Of a stretch of 64,000 nt of DNA, positions 37,913 to 48,105 are shown in pieces. The translations under genes were made by a program, and so were the position numbers. The stretch comes from Longimicrobiales bacterium (GTDB taxonomy: Bacteria; Gemmatimonadota; Gemmatimonadetes; Longimicrobiales; Gaopeijiaceae): the NCBI GenBank assembly GCA_965248195.1, contig CBDFIQ010000002.1, forward strand, positions 224,001 to 288,000, given 5' to 3'. Under the pieces are notes generated by a model. The model saw only the letters and a program-made list of their open reading frames with translations, had not been told where the DNA came from and did no database searches. How positions within the stretch are numbered: position 1 is the first letter of the stretch; every line of letters starts with the position of its first letter.

Positions 37913-38569
37913 ATGAGCGCACCGGCCCAGTCGCCGGACCACGCGGAAAACGAACGGCTTCAAGACCCCCTCGAGTACGAGAGGCGGTTCTGGAGCCGAG
38001 GTCTTTTGGGGGTAGCCGGCGTCGATGAGGTCGGGCGCGGCCCCCTCGCCGGGCCGGTGGTCGCGGCCGCGGTCGTCCTACCCGAAGGCATGAGGATCGA
38101 GGGGGCTACCGACTCCAAGGCGCTCGGTCATGCGGAGCGGGAGAAACTCTCCGCATTGATCCTGGCCCATGCCCAGGCCGTTACCCTTGGGGCAGCCTCA
38201 GTTCGGGAAATCGACTGTGCCAACATCCTCGTGGCGACCGCATGGGCCGTGAACCGTGCGCTCGAAAGGTTGCCTCGCAAGCCGGATCACGTTGTCGTGG
38301 ATGGCCTTCCGATGAAGTCACTTCGGTGGATGCACGAAGCGGTGGTCGGGGGAGACGCCACAGTGCACTCGGTGGCGTGCGCTTCCATTGTGGCGAAGGT
38401 CTGCCGGGATCGGCTCATGGCCAAACTGGCGATTCGATATCCCGGGTATGGATGGGATCACAACATGGGCTACGGGACCAAGGAGCACCGGGCCGCCCTA
38501 GAGCGGCTGGGAGCCACACCGCACCACCGGCAGACATTCCTGGGTTTACAGTACGCGATGGAGCTGTAG
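37913..38569 (+). CDS. rnhB: Ribonuclease HII
   Basis: 'GVDEVGRGPLAGPV', 'DSK', 'ASIVAKV.RD', 'GYGT'. Confidence 0.96.
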   Translation: MSAPAQSPDHAENERLQDPLEYERRFWSRGLLGVAGVDEVGRGPLAGPVVAAAVVLPEGMRIEGATDSKALGHAEREKLSALILAHAQAVTLGAASVREIDCANILVATAWAVNRALERLPRKPDHVVVDGLPMKSLRWMHEAVVGGDATVHSVACASIVAKVCRDRLMAKLAIRYPGYGWDHNMGYGTKEHRAALERLGATPHHRQTFLGLQYAMEL

Positions 38570-38640
38570 TAGGGGGCGGCCACGAGCCCTGGCTCGCGTA
38601 CGGTGATCCAGAGCCCGTCTGACGAGCTATCGGAAACGCA

Positions 38641-38674
38641 GAAGGGGCGGTCCTCGCCTTGAGGCCGCCCCTTC
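38641..38674. terminator. Hairpin between convergent rnhB and the LamG gene
   Basis: GAAGGGGCGG...CCGCCCCTTC perfect 10-bp outer inverted repeat. Confidence 0.6.
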
Positions 38675-38701
38675 TAGCACGTGTGGTTGAAGACGCCGTT
38701 C

Positions 38702-40399
38702 TTAACTAACCCCTTCCTCTACCCCGGCGACCTCTGTTACGCGATCATCATCGTCGTCATCATCGTCCTCGTCATCATCGTCGTCATCAATGTCATTATC
38801 GCCATCATCATCGTCATCATCGTCGTCATCGTCGTGACATTCACCGCCGCAGCGGGAGCCGTAATATAGCCTCCGGTCCAGTTGAATCGACGCCACGCTG
38901 ATGTCGGAACCGAGCCACAGGGAGAACTCGACGGGATTGCTGAAGTTCACCGTATGCAGATCGGAGCTGTACGGACCCCTCGCCTGAATCTTGAAACGAC
39001 CGTCATCGTGAAGGTCCATCCTCTGGACACCCGATGCGCGCCGGGAAGCTTTGAACTGCCACTTGTGGTCTTTTCGAACGAAGGAGTCGGCCGAAATCAC
39101 CCCTTCGACTCCCGCGAACGTGACGGTCAGGTCCTCGTAATCCGGATCGAAGCGCTCGAGCAGGCTGAGCGGGAGCCTGCCGTCTACATCGTAGGTATCT
39201 TTTCCGCGTCTCCTCCGCCTGTCCAACTTGACGGTGGCCTGGTGGATCGTCAGGGGATAGACGACGGTGACCTGCGCCGTGCCCATACCGGACGCAGTGC
39301 CATCGTTTACCGTAACCCTAACCGTGAAGGGTCCGGATCCGTTGCCAGAGTATACGTGAGAAAGCTCGAAGCTCCTGGCGTCGAGCGACCGCATCTCGAC
39401 TGGACTGTCATCACCATAGTTGATCGTAGCGTCCCACGATTCTGAGTCGTCGTCGGTGAAAGAGACGGAGGTCACGAAGACGTCGCCCTCCTCAATGACG
39501 TCACCTGTAATCTCGTTAAGGTTCGGAGCCGCGTTGTTGCACCTGCCGTTTTCGAAGATGTTCCGAAGCTCGGGCTCGCCCAACGCGCTGCCAAAGATCT
39601 CCACTTCGTCGATCAGTCCGTGAAAGCCCCGCGGCCATCCGGCGGCACGAGCGAACTCAGCGGTGCTACCGATGACGACCGAACCCCCGCCGTACACTGG
39701 CGTGCCGCCCGCCGCTTCGGCCACCTCGGCTCCATTGACGTAGAGTCTCGACGTCGAGCCGTCGACCGTGAGGGCTATGTGCACCCACTCGTCTGCAACA
39801 GAGGCCACTCCGTTCTCCAAACGGGACAGGACACCACCGAGGTTCACTCCAGCTTTGATAATGCCCGCCCCGTTCCACCAGATGGAGTAGGAAATTCCCT
39901 CGTTGATGCGATCGTTGATGGCTTTCTGGATGAGCACATTTCCGTAAGCGTCGTCGGCGTTCTGGCCGTCCCCGGTGCGCCTGGCCCACAGGTCGATCGT
40001 AAACTCCGCAGGCTGGAGATCGACGGCGTCCGGTATTTCGATGAACTCAGCCTCCCAGGCCCCCGTGATTGGTGTGAAGCTGAATGCCTGACCGACCAGA
40101 CCGCTTTCGAACGTTACGTCGCCGTCGTTGAGTTCGGCGGTTCGCCAACCGTTCACGGAGTTGAAGCCGATGTTGTTGGCGGCGTCGAGGGGCCCCGCAA
40201 TGTCGTCGAACGTGCCGTCGCCCGGCCACCGTGAAATCAGATCGGGTACGACGCAAGCTCCAGTCGTGCCCAGGGTCAGGGGCGGCGCTGCCTGGAATTC
40301 AACTACAGGAGCGGCGACCGAGGTGATGGATTGCTCGCACGCGACGAGCGCGAGGGTGAGGACAGCAGGAACTACCTGCCAACAGTTCCTCTTGATCAT
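38702..40399 (-). CDS. Secreted lipoprotein with LamG-like jellyroll and PKD-like domains and a poly-Asp tail
   Basis: LALVAC lipobox; 'FTIDLW', 'WVHIALT.DG..RLYVNG', 'FHGLIDEV' (LamG_3-like); 'TINYGDD..LSHVY' (PKD-like). Confidence 0.75.
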   Translation of the reverse strand: MIKRNCWQVVPAVLTLALVACEQSITSVAAPVVEFQAAPPLTLGTTGACVVPDLISRWPGDGTFDDIAGPLDAANNIGFNSVNGWRTAELNDGDVTFESGLVGQAFSFTPITGAWEAEFIEIPDAVDLQPAEFTIDLWARRTGDGQNADDAYGNVLIQKAINDRINEGISYSIWWNGAGIIKAGVNLGGVLSRLENGVASVADEWVHIALTVDGSTSRLYVNGAEVAEAAGGTPVYGGGSVVIGSTAEFARAAGWPRGFHGLIDEVEIFGSALGEPELRNIFENGRCNNAAPNLNEITGDVIEEGDVFVTSVSFTDDDSESWDATINYGDDSPVEMRSLDARSFELSHVYSGNGSGPFTVRVTVNDGTASGMGTAQVTVVYPLTIHQATVKLDRRRRRGKDTYDVDGRLPLSLLERFDPDYEDLTVTFAGVEGVISADSFVRKDHKWQFKASRRASGVQRMDLHDDGRFKIQARGPYSSDLHTVNFSNPVEFSLWLGSDISVASIQLDRRLYYGSRCGGECHDDDDDDDDDDGDNDIDDDDDDEDDDDDDDDRVTEVAGVEEGVS

Positions 40400-40880
40400 T
40401 TATGCCTCCAAGTACCCGTTGCAAACACATGTTTACGAGGGCGGAGGCGCGCTCCTCTTCATTAACGTTAGGACCAGGATGAAATGTGAGCAATCTTTTT
40501 TTCGCCTGGAAGATGCTCCCGCCACAACGGAGAAGGGGTTTCTACGGACTGGATGGCCCAGAATATCGCTTCACAGTTCGTTTTATAGCCTCCCCTGGCC
40601 GCTGCCGGCTTGACCGATCACAGGCGGGCCGGTCTTGTCGAATCAGAGGAGGAGGCGTTCCGTGCACTCTTGTGGGGGGGAAGTACCGTCCACCGACTGT
40701 AAACATATGTTTCCCAGACGGCGTTAGTGCGACCTGCGCCAGGATCGCTTCGTGGCGATGGTTCCTTCGCTATTGGAGCTGGTGGCGGTAATGCGTGGGG
40801 CAGGTACCGAAAACGAACGCTGGATCAAAGACAAACGAGCCCGTAGAGCTTGCAGGTCGGAGCGACTAGCTTTACCGCCA

Positions 40881-40953
<73 letters not shown>

Positions 40954-41078
40954 CTGGGCCGGAAGTCCAGTAAATAAGCGGACTTCCGGCTTTCGTGTGT
41001 CTGTGAGTTAGGTGCGAAAATGGGGCTTTGGTACCCCAAGTGGTACCCCAAAAACTCGGGTTACCTGGCGGGAACTCA
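40954..41078 (+). repeat. Post-tRNA hairpin plus att-arm-like block (copy 1)
   Basis: GCCGGAAGTCC..GGACTTCCGGC hairpin (40958-40990), TGGTACCCCAA direct repeat; closely related copy at 45425-45548. Confidence 0.85.
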
Positions 41079-41202
41079 GCGGATGGGAGGGGAACTCCGA
41101 GTGTCTGGACGCACGAAGGAGTCGAGCGCTCGAGCCTGGCGACGACCGCGACCGCAGCAATACGCGGGTTAGGCGGGCGCGCGGATTCGATTCCGCCCCC
41201 AT

Positions 41203-41217
41203 CAAGTTGACAATGCC
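41203..41217. mobile_element. Orphan IS6-type terminal inverted repeat
   Basis: CAAGTTGACAATGCC, nearly identical to the IS6 ends at 48106 and 48888. Confidence 0.6.
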
Positions 41218-41227
41218 ATTTGTCGCG

Positions 41228-42676
41228 CTAGGTGCCGCAAAAAGTCTTGTGGACGATTTCTTCTGGTCGCGGTGGCGCTTCGAGATCAGTGTATTCGACC
41301 TGGTCAGCATAGGGCGCGGCTAGCGCATCGACGAGGCGGTGGAACGGGGCGAAGTCTCCACCGTAGGCGCTTTGGATGGCTTGCTCGACGCGGTGATTGC
41401 GCGGGATGAGGATGGGGTTGGCAGCGCGCATGTCAGCGAGGTGCTTGGCTGGGTCGGCTTCGCTACGCCATGTGGCGAACCATTTTTGAAAAGGCTCACT
41501 GCTGTGAAACATTGCCGCAAGCGTTTTCGAATCCTCTCCGCCGGCGACACGTGTGAGGTGACGGAAAAAGAGTGTAAAGTCGACCCGTTGGGTTTCCAGT
41601 AGATCGAGACACTCATTGATGAGCTCGACGGGTGCCTCAGGTGGGAGGCCGAATTTGACGCGGAAGCAGGCGATGTATTGGCCGCCGAATCGTCCAGGAT
41701 ATCCGGAAAGAGCGGCTTGGGCGATTTGGGTCGCTTCACCAGGATCCTCAGACAACAATGGCAGCAGGGTTTCCGCGAAACGCGTGAGGTTCCAGAGCCC
41801 AATGTCGGGCTGGTTGCCCCACGCATAACGCGCACCGGAGTCGATGGAGCTGAAGACGCACTGCGAGTGGAAAACGTCCATGAACGCGCACGGGCCGTAG
41901 TCGATCGTCTCCCCGGAAATGGCGGTATTGTCCGTGTTCATCACACCGTGGATGAAGCCAAGAGACATCCACTGGGCGATGAGATCCGCTTGGGCATCCG
42001 CGACCGACTCCAACAAAGCCACATAAGGATAGGGCGCTTCGGCGGCCTCCGAGTAGTGCCGCGCAATGGCATGATCGGCGAGCAGTCGCAAGGCATCGAT
42101 ATCGTTGCGTGCGCCAAAATACTCGAAAGTCCCGACACGAATGTGACTTGCGGCAACGCGGGTGAACACACCGCCGCGGAGCGGTCCTTCCGGGCGTATG
42201 ACGTTTTCGCCCGTGGCAACAGCAGCGAGCGCCCGTGTCGTGGGAACCCCAAGCGCGGCCATGGCTTCGCTGACAATGTATTCGCGGATCACCGGGCCGA
42301 GCGCAGATTTGCCATCGCCGCCGCGCGAGAATAACGTGCGCCCTGAGCCCTTCAACTGCAGATCGCGACGTGCGCCGTCCACGTCGATGACTTCGCCGAG
42401 CAGGATGGCGCGGCCGTCGCCGAGTTGTGGCGAAAATCCACCGAACTGGTGGCCAGCGTAGGCTTGTGCAATCGGCTCGGCGCCCTCGGGAATCGCGTTG
42501 CCCGCGAGCATCGCGACCCCGTCGGCCGATTGCAGTGAGTCAGTGTCGATCCTGAGCTTTGCCGCCAGTTCACGGTTGAGACGGATGAGCTTCGGTTCCG
42601 GAACACAGGCCGGTTCCTGTCTGGCGAAGAAACGTTCCGGCAGCTGGGCGTAGGTGTTGTCGAAGGGAATGTTCAT
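41228..42676 (-). CDS. selO: Protein adenylyltransferase SelO (YdiU) family
   Basis: 'YAGHQFG', 'QLGDGRA', 'QLKGSG', 'GFIHGVMNTDN', 'TIDYGP', C-terminal 'TFCGT'. Confidence 0.95.
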   Translation of the reverse strand: MNIPFDNTYAQLPERFFARQEPACVPEPKLIRLNRELAAKLRIDTDSLQSADGVAMLAGNAIPEGAEPIAQAYAGHQFGGFSPQLGDGRAILLGEVIDVDGARRDLQLKGSGRTLFSRGGDGKSALGPVIREYIVSEAMAALGVPTTRALAAVATGENVIRPEGPLRGGVFTRVAASHIRVGTFEYFGARNDIDALRLLADHAIARHYSEAAEAPYPYVALLESVADAQADLIAQWMSLGFIHGVMNTDNTAISGETIDYGPCAFMDVFHSQCVFSSIDSGARYAWGNQPDIGLWNLTRFAETLLPLLSEDPGEATQIAQAALSGYPGRFGGQYIACFRVKFGLPPEAPVELINECLDLLETQRVDFTLFFRHLTRVAGGEDSKTLAAMFHSSEPFQKWFATWRSEADPAKHLADMRAANPILIPRNHRVEQAIQSAYGGDFAPFHRLVDALAAPYADQVEYTDLEAPPRPEEIVHKTFCGT

Positions 42677-43039
42677 CGAAGCGGGTTTTTGAGGTCCAGA
42701 CAACACCGAAGCTGAAGGCTCCCGGAAGCTAACCCGTCCTAACCGCTAGGAACCACCGGCCTCATCGGAAGCGACTGAGACAGGAAGGGTATCGTACGGT
42801 CGAGGGGGACATCGGTCCCCGCGCATCGTAGACCTCAGCGAGTTACACGGGCTATACTGTCTTGCCGAGCCTGCCTCAATCAGAGTTGAGCCCCTCCCAG
42901 GGGATAGCCTTTCTATCGTTTGCGCTCTGGACCGTGAATCGAGACTCGAAGTGTGCGTCTGATTCGTCAGCAAGGCGACAGTCCTCCGTGACGACCTCAG
43001 TGACAACAGCGCGGCGCTTGCAGATCGCGGGTTCGTCCA

Positions 43040-43350
43040 TCGCGTTGCAGGATCCACAATCGAGGCTCGTCGAGCTCGATCGCTTCTTTATACGACGTTC
43101 TCGAAGCGTGCGAATGCCTTCTGCGCCGAGCCGGCCAACCCACACCTCTGCACTACGGCTGCAGCCACTGCTGCAAAAAGGGCGCCTTCTTTGCCGTCAC
43201 CCTCGTCGAGGCGCTGCGCTGGGCCCTGGCGATCGAGAGCACCGACACGTCCTTGTTGAACCAGGCCAGGACGCACGCGACGAAGCTGCTCGCTCGGCAG
43301 CAGCAAGTCTTCGCGGATGGCATTGATCCAGCCGATGTCCCGGGATCGTG
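43040..43350 (+). pseudogene. Degraded YkgJ-like cysteine-cluster protein fragment
   Basis: My translation of a start-less frame reads LYDVLEACECLLRRAGQPTPLHYGCSHCCKKGAFFAVTLVEALRW; the GCSHCC motif resembles YkgJ (CxxCxxCC) proteins. Confidence 0.4.
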
Positions 43351-43375
43351 TGACGAGGAGTCGTTTGGCTGTATC

Positions 43376-43798
43376 CATGGATCCTTCGTTCGCGATGGCT
43401 CACTTCAATATTGGGAACATCCATGAGGCGGAGGGCCGACTGGAGGAGGCGATTGGTTGCTTCCGGCGCGCCGTGGATCTCTCGGACAGGACACCCGTAA
43501 TCGTGAGCTGTCTCGGGGCCGCGTTGGCACGCGCAGGGAAGCCCGATGAGGCGCGCCCGATCCTTGAGGAGCTTCGTGCCCAGGCGGACAAGGGGGCGGC
43601 CCTGTCTGTGTGGATAGCCGCCGTACACGAAGCGCTCGGTGAGCGGACGGAGGCGCTGGCCGAACTCGAACGTGCTCTGGAGCAGCGAGAGCCGATTCTC
43701 ATAGGGTTGGACGCCCCATGGCTGCCGTTCACTTCACTTCGGGACGAGCCCCGGTATAGGAAGGTCTTGCAGGACGTGAGCATGCACTGGGGTTGGGG
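43376..43798 (+). pseudogene. C-terminal TPR fragment of a kinase/cyclase-TPR type protein, interrupted near its end by an IS
   Basis: 'DPSFAMAHFNIG..GRLEEAI..FRRAVDL', 'LRDEPRY'; removing the IS restores ...WGWGMDRPD* ending at 45387. Confidence 0.7.
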
Positions 43799-43838
43799 CG
43801 GAACCTGTCAACGACAATGGGACACTCTACGGGATTAA

Positions 43839-44846
43839 TTAGAGAGCAATATCCTGTGTGGTGAGGGAAGGGATGGGAGGATTGATGTAGACGGCCTCCG
43901 GGAGCGGTTTGGGCTTCGGCACACCTGTGACGAAGCGTTCGGGATGAGCGGCCCATGCTTCGCGGAGCACGGATTTCCTGCCGGCAATGACCTGATCGGC
44001 GTTCCCGAAGTGGACCTGCTCGGGGGTTAGCATCGAGATACCGCCATGGCGGTGCTCGGCATTGTACCAGCGGAAGAACGATCGACACAACGTCTTGGCC
44101 TGGCCCTGATCCCCGAACCGCCCGGGAAACGAGGGATGGTACTTCAAGGTTTTGAACTGAGCCTCGGAAAACGGGTTGTCATCCGACACCTGAGGCCGGC
44201 TCAACGAGCGAGTCACGCCGAGGTCAGCGAGAAGTTGAGCGGTGCATTGGCTCGTCATTGGAGCTCCCCGATCCGAGTGCAGGGTCAGGACCCGGGGCTG
44301 GACGCCATGCTTCAGGCAGCTCTGCTGGATCAACCGGCCGGCCAGGGCCGAGTTCTCCCGGTCCGCCACCATCCAGCCCACGACGTAGCGGCTGTAGATG
44401 TCCATGATGACGTAGAGGTAGTAATAGCTCCACTTCTTCGGCCCGAGTAGCCGCGTGATATCCCAGGACCACACCTGGTTCGGCGCCGTGGCCATCAACT
44501 CGGGCTTCTTGTACTCGGGATGGGTGCGCTGCGCCCGGCGTTCCTGAACCGGCACCTCGGAGGCCAGAACACGATACATCGTGCGTTCGCTGCACAGGTA
44601 GACCTCTTCGTCGAGCAGCGTGGCCACCACCTCGGCGGGTGAGCGGTCCACGAACCGCTCCGAACACAGCGTGTCGAAGACCTCGCCTCGTTCCGTCTCG
44701 CTCAATGCCCGGGCGGGCGTCGGGCGGGGCTGCCGTTGCCCGGTCGATGGGCCTCGACGACGGTAGAACGTCGATCGGGAGACCTCGAGAGCCGCGCACG
44801 CCGGTTTTACACCGACGTGCTTAGCCAGCTCATCGGCCGCCTTCAA
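43839..44846 (-). CDS. IS3-family transposase OrfB (rve DDE)
   Basis: 'WSWDIT', 'DIYSRYVVGW', 'HSDRG', 'DDNPFSEAQFKTLK'. Confidence 0.93.
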   Translation of the reverse strand: MKAADELAKHVGVKPACAALEVSRSTFYRRRGPSTGQRQPRPTPARALSETERGEVFDTLCSERFVDRSPAEVVATLLDEEVYLCSERTMYRVLASEVPVQERRAQRTHPEYKKPELMATAPNQVWSWDITRLLGPKKWSYYYLYVIMDIYSRYVVGWMVADRENSALAGRLIQQSCLKHGVQPRVLTLHSDRGAPMTSQCTAQLLADLGVTRSLSRPQVSDDNPFSEAQFKTLKYHPSFPGRFGDQGQAKTLCRSFFRWYNAEHRHGGISMLTPEQVHFGNADQVIAGRKSVLREAWAAHPERFVTGVPKPKPLPEAVYINPPIPSLTTQDIAL

Positions 44847-45292
44847 GAGTTCGTCCCGTCGTCGAGGCTTATCCCCAGCAGCCCCGCAACTTTTCCCTGC
44901 ACGTCGATGATCAGGTGTGCCTTCCTGAGCTCATTCTCGAGCCGTGCGTTTTGCCGCTCCAGCTTGCGTACCTTCTCATCCAGCGGATTCCGCTCCGGCT
45001 TGCGGCCGCGTTTCTTCGACAGGGCCTTCAGCGACCCGCTATGCGCCGCCTTGCGCCACGTCGTCAGGTGCGACGAGTACAGGCCCTCGCGCCGCAGGAG
45101 CTGACCCACCTCGCCGGGCTCGGTGCACCGGTCCGCTTCTTCGACGATCCGCAGCTTGTACGATGGACTGAACCGCCGGCGTAGCGGCCTATCTACTACC
45201 TCCGGGTCCGCAGGAGCTGCCGCGCTTCGCTTGGCCTCCCCGATTCCAGGGGCACTACCATTCTCTTCCATTCTCTCTCGCAGTCCCAACAT
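44843..45292 (-). CDS. IS3-family transposase OrfA (HTH)
   Basis: 'RRRFSPSYKLRIV', 'LLRREGLYSSHL..WR', coiled coil; overlaps orfB at TTGA. Confidence 0.88.
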   Translation of the reverse strand: MLGLRERMEENGSAPGIGEAKRSAAAPADPEVVDRPLRRRFSPSYKLRIVEEADRCTEPGEVGQLLRREGLYSSHLTTWRKAAHSGSLKALSKKRGRKPERNPLDEKVRKLERQNARLENELRKAHLIIDVQGKVAGLLGISLDDGTNS

Positions 45293-45395
45293 GTTCGTTT
45301 TCTCTGCCTTCGCCCTACTCTAATTCTTTGCGTGCTCCGTGTCTCACGTACGTTGGCAGAGAGGGGGGCATGGACAGGCCAGATTGACTCGGCGG

Positions 45396-45548
45396 GGTCG
45401 TGGGTTCGAGACCCACCCGGCTCACTAGGCCGGGAGCCCCTAGGTAGGCGGGCTTCCGGCTTTTTGGTGTCGGTGGGGTAGGGCGAAAAATGGGGCTTTG
45501 GTACCCCAAGTGGTACCCCAAAAACTCGGGTTGCCTGGGGGAAACTCA
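45396..45548 (+). repeat. tRNA-Lys 3'-end duplicate (att copy 2) with hairpin and arm-like block
   Basis: GGTCGTGGGTTCGAGACCCACCCGGCTCACT identical to the tRNA 3' end; followed by a related hairpin and TGGTACCCCAAGTGGTACCCCAAAAACTCGGG. Confidence 0.92.
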
Positions 45549-45697
45549 CCGGTTTTCGAGACCGAACGGAGGTGTACCGCTAAGTACCTCTAAGGCCGTT
45601 TACGGCCTGTTCACAACGATCTTCTCGCACTGCCTCTCCGGCGAAGTACCGCTAAGACCTTGTAAGGCCTTCTACCCGGGTAACGAATCGGGTAACG
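45549..45697. repeat. tRNA-Ser-type att remnant (anticodon-arm fragment plus flank and arm-like repeats)
   Basis: CCGGTTTTCGAGACCG..GTGTACCG.TAAGTACCTCTAAGGCCG matches 48057-48106; CGGGTAACG direct repeat at 45677 and 45689. Confidence 0.75.
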
Positions 45698-45822
45698 CGT
45701 CTACCTCTACTCGTGCGCCAACGCCCGAAGCGGACCCACCTGGCTGGCATGCCTGGCAGGCGAGTAGCAAGCCACCATCGCGTCGGCGACCATCGCGACA
45801 GGAACCCCCCAGCGCGATCCAG

Positions 45823-47198
45823 GGTCAAGTCCCGATTTGTGTGTAAAAGCGGAGGAAGCTCCTCGCCTTCGGCTAGGCTGCTTGGGCGACCTCCTGTTTC
45901 TGGAGGAGTGAGAGGTCGAGGTAACGCCGGTCGCCCCAGACGTGTGTGGTCCTGAGTGCGACGGCCGTGATGAGCCTGAGGGCGCTGGCCCGGTCCGGGA
46001 AGGCGCCGGCGGCCTTGATCCTGCGTTTGATCTCGCCGTGCAGCCGCTCGAGGCTGTTGGTGGTACGCAGCCGGGGCCAGTGCGCCTCGGGGAACGCGTA
46101 GAACTGCGTCGCTGCCCCGAAGCCCCGCTCCAGGACCTCCACGGCCTCGGGCAGCTCCTTCTTCCAGCGTGCGCCGAACTCGCCCAGGAGCTTCTTCGCC
46201 TCGGCGAGTCCGGATGTCTGGAAGATCACCGAGACCTCACGCGCCACGCGCTTGCGTAGGCGGTGGGGGACCCTCGCCCCCACATTACGCTGCAGATGGA
46301 CCGTACACCTCTGACGGCGTGCCTCGGGCAGGAAGCGGCGGACCGCAGCTGCCAGGCCTGCGTGCTCATCGGCGATCACGAGCTCGACACCGCCGAGGCC
46401 GCGGTCCTGGAGTTGCTCGAGGAGCTCCGACCAGCTCTGCTGCGACTCCTCAGCGCCCAGCGTGACGGCCAGGAGCCGTCGGTGACCCTCAGGGCCCACT
46501 GCATACGCCACGAGCGCACTCACGTTCTCGACTTTGCGGGCCCAGCGGGCGTCCAAGAACGTGGCGTCCAGGTACAGATAGGGGTGAGGCCCCTCGATCG
46601 GCGCACGGCGCAGCCCTTCCACGGCCTCGTCGAGCCGTTTTGCCACACGACTCACCGTCGAGCGCCCAACACGCTCGCCCATCAGCGCCTCGGTGACGTC
46701 GCCCATCTTGCGCTGTGACACGCCGCTCACATACGCCTCGACCATCATCTCGTCGAGCTCGGGGCTCCTGCGCTGGTAGCGGCCGATCACGTCGGCCGGC
46801 GAACCGTTGTCCCGGCTCCGGGGCATGGCGACCTCGATCTGCCCCAGGCTCGTCAGCAGCCGCCTCAGGTATGTGCCGTTCCTATGGTCCTTCCGGCTTC
46901 CCACCCGCTCGAAGCGGCGTGCACCTACCATGGCCTTCAGCTCCTCTTCCAGCACCATCTCGAGCGTCAGCCGGATCGCGCCTTGAAACAGCTCGCGCAA
47001 ATCATCGCGTAGCTCGTCTTGCGTGGCCCGACCGATCTCCACAATCTCTTGCATCGGAAGCTCCTCTCCGGTTCCGAGCCTGCTCTGCAGACCCGGACTC
47101 CCGGGTTCATGTGACAGTGAACAACAACAGAGGAGCTTCCGTTTTTCTTTCCCTCCTGTCCAGCTTATCCGCTTTTACACAAATCTAGGGACACTACC
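45823..47198 (-). mobile_element. IS256-family element (1376 bp)
   Basis: IRs GGTCAAGTCCC..TGTGTAAAAGCGGA / GGTAGTGTCCC..TGTGTAAAAGCGGA; 9-bp target duplication GCGATCCAG (45814-45822, 47199-47207). Confidence 0.93.
45873..47054 (-). CDS. IS256-family transposase
   Basis: 'RNGTY.R.L.T.LG', 'YLYLDA', 'VIADEHAGL', 'QRCTVH..RN', 'RTTNSLER...EIKRR'. Confidence 0.95.
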   Translation of the reverse strand: MQEIVEIGRATQDELRDDLRELFQGAIRLTLEMVLEEELKAMVGARRFERVGSRKDHRNGTYLRRLLTSLGQIEVAMPRSRDNGSPADVIGRYQRRSPELDEMMVEAYVSGVSQRKMGDVTEALMGERVGRSTVSRVAKRLDEAVEGLRRAPIEGPHPYLYLDATFLDARWARKVENVSALVAYAVGPEGHRRLLAVTLGAEESQQSWSELLEQLQDRGLGGVELVIADEHAGLAAAVRRFLPEARRQRCTVHLQRNVGARVPHRLRKRVAREVSVIFQTSGLAEAKKLLGEFGARWKKELPEAVEVLERGFGAATQFYAFPEAHWPRLRTTNSLERLHGEIKRRIKAAGAFPDRASALRLITAVALRTTHVWGDRRYLDLSLLQKQEVAQAA

Positions 47199-47354
47199 GC
47201 GATCCAGGGATCAAGGGCCTCCATTCCATAGAGGAGCCCTTCCAGCACCCCCATCAGGGGAAGCGAGACGCCGCACGGGTGTGTGACAACCGCATTGGCA
47301 CGCTGGATGACGAGCAGTGGGTGCCGCTTCTCCGAGATATGGAGCGGGGATTCG

Positions 47355-47903
47355 TCAACCTGCCGCGGCTTCACGCGCTTGGGCCGTGCGCGCTTCCCGC
47401 TGCCGAGTGAGGTGCGGCACAATACCTAACATCCGCTGGACCAGCATGACCTGGCCACGGTGATGCATCTCGTGCTCTTTCACCGATAGAATCAACTCGA
47501 ACCGGCTCTTGGGCGGCTGGGAAAATTCCGGTGGGAATGAGACGGTCTCGGCCAGGAACTCGTCGGAGACGCCATCGAGAAAGGTCGCCCAGATCTCGCC
47601 CTCGTCCTCAAGCAGCGCGAGCACCTGGCTCTTCGTTCGGGGTTCCGCTTCTTTCGCCGCAAGCTCGGCCATCACCGCCTGGAAGTCGAAGCCCACCATG
47701 CTGGACAGCTTCTCGACGGCGTTGACTTGATGCTGAAACCGATAGCCCAGCGCGATATGGGTCAGCATCTTCTCGACGCTTTTGCAATCCGGCGTCGGCT
47801 GAAAGTCGTACTTGTCTTCCGGAATGTCTCGCGCCGTCTCGAGGGTGTTCTTGCGAACGGTGCGAAAGCTCTGCGCGAGTTCCTTGGAGCCGTAATGGGT
47901 CAT
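47355..47903 (-). CDS. DinB/YfiT family protein
   Basis: 'IPEDKYDFQP', 'LTHIA', 'HEMHHRGQ'; ATG at 47903 preceded by AGGAG. Confidence 0.88.
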   Translation of the reverse strand: MTHYGSKELAQSFRTVRKNTLETARDIPEDKYDFQPTPDCKSVEKMLTHIALGYRFQHQVNAVEKLSSMVGFDFQAVMAELAAKEAEPRTKSQVLALLEDEGEIWATFLDGVSDEFLAETVSFPPEFSQPPKSRFELILSVKEHEMHHRGQVMLVQRMLGIVPHLTRQREARTAQAREAAAG

Positions 47904-48015
47904 GCGTTCACTCCTGTTGAGGGAACGGATAATAGCACGTTCGGAGGCGTTTGTTGGCTTCCTGGCGTTCGGCTGTAGAAAAAGACCCCCCCAGGCCAAA
48001 GACCTGGAGGGCAAA

Positions 48016-48073
48016 GCGGAGCCGGTGGGATTCGAACCCACACACCCTCACGGGCGCCGGTTTTCGAGACCGG
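48016..48073 (-). pseudogene. 3' two-thirds of tRNA-Ser(CGA) (att-site remnant)
   Basis: Minus strand CCGGT-CT-CGA-AA-ACCGG, long variable arm CGCCC-GTGA-GGGTG, T-arm GTGGG-TTCGAAT-CCCAC, 3' CGGCTCCG; 5' acceptor strand and D-arm absent. Confidence 0.85.
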
Positions 48074-48105
48074 TCGGGCGTGTACCGTTAAGTACCTCTA
48101 AGGCC

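Larger units (their letters stand above)
43799..45365 (-). mobile_element. IS3-like element A, copy 1 (1567 bp)
   Basis: Matches 55538-57104; 3-bp target duplication GGG; subterminal imperfect IRs CTGTCAACG..GACAC / CTGCCAACG..GACAC. Confidence 0.93.

Noticed and set aside
41178..41198. GCGGATTCGATTCCGC as a tRNA T-arm or att remnant
   Set aside because: Lacks the G before TTC and any acceptor or anticodon context; simple hairpin
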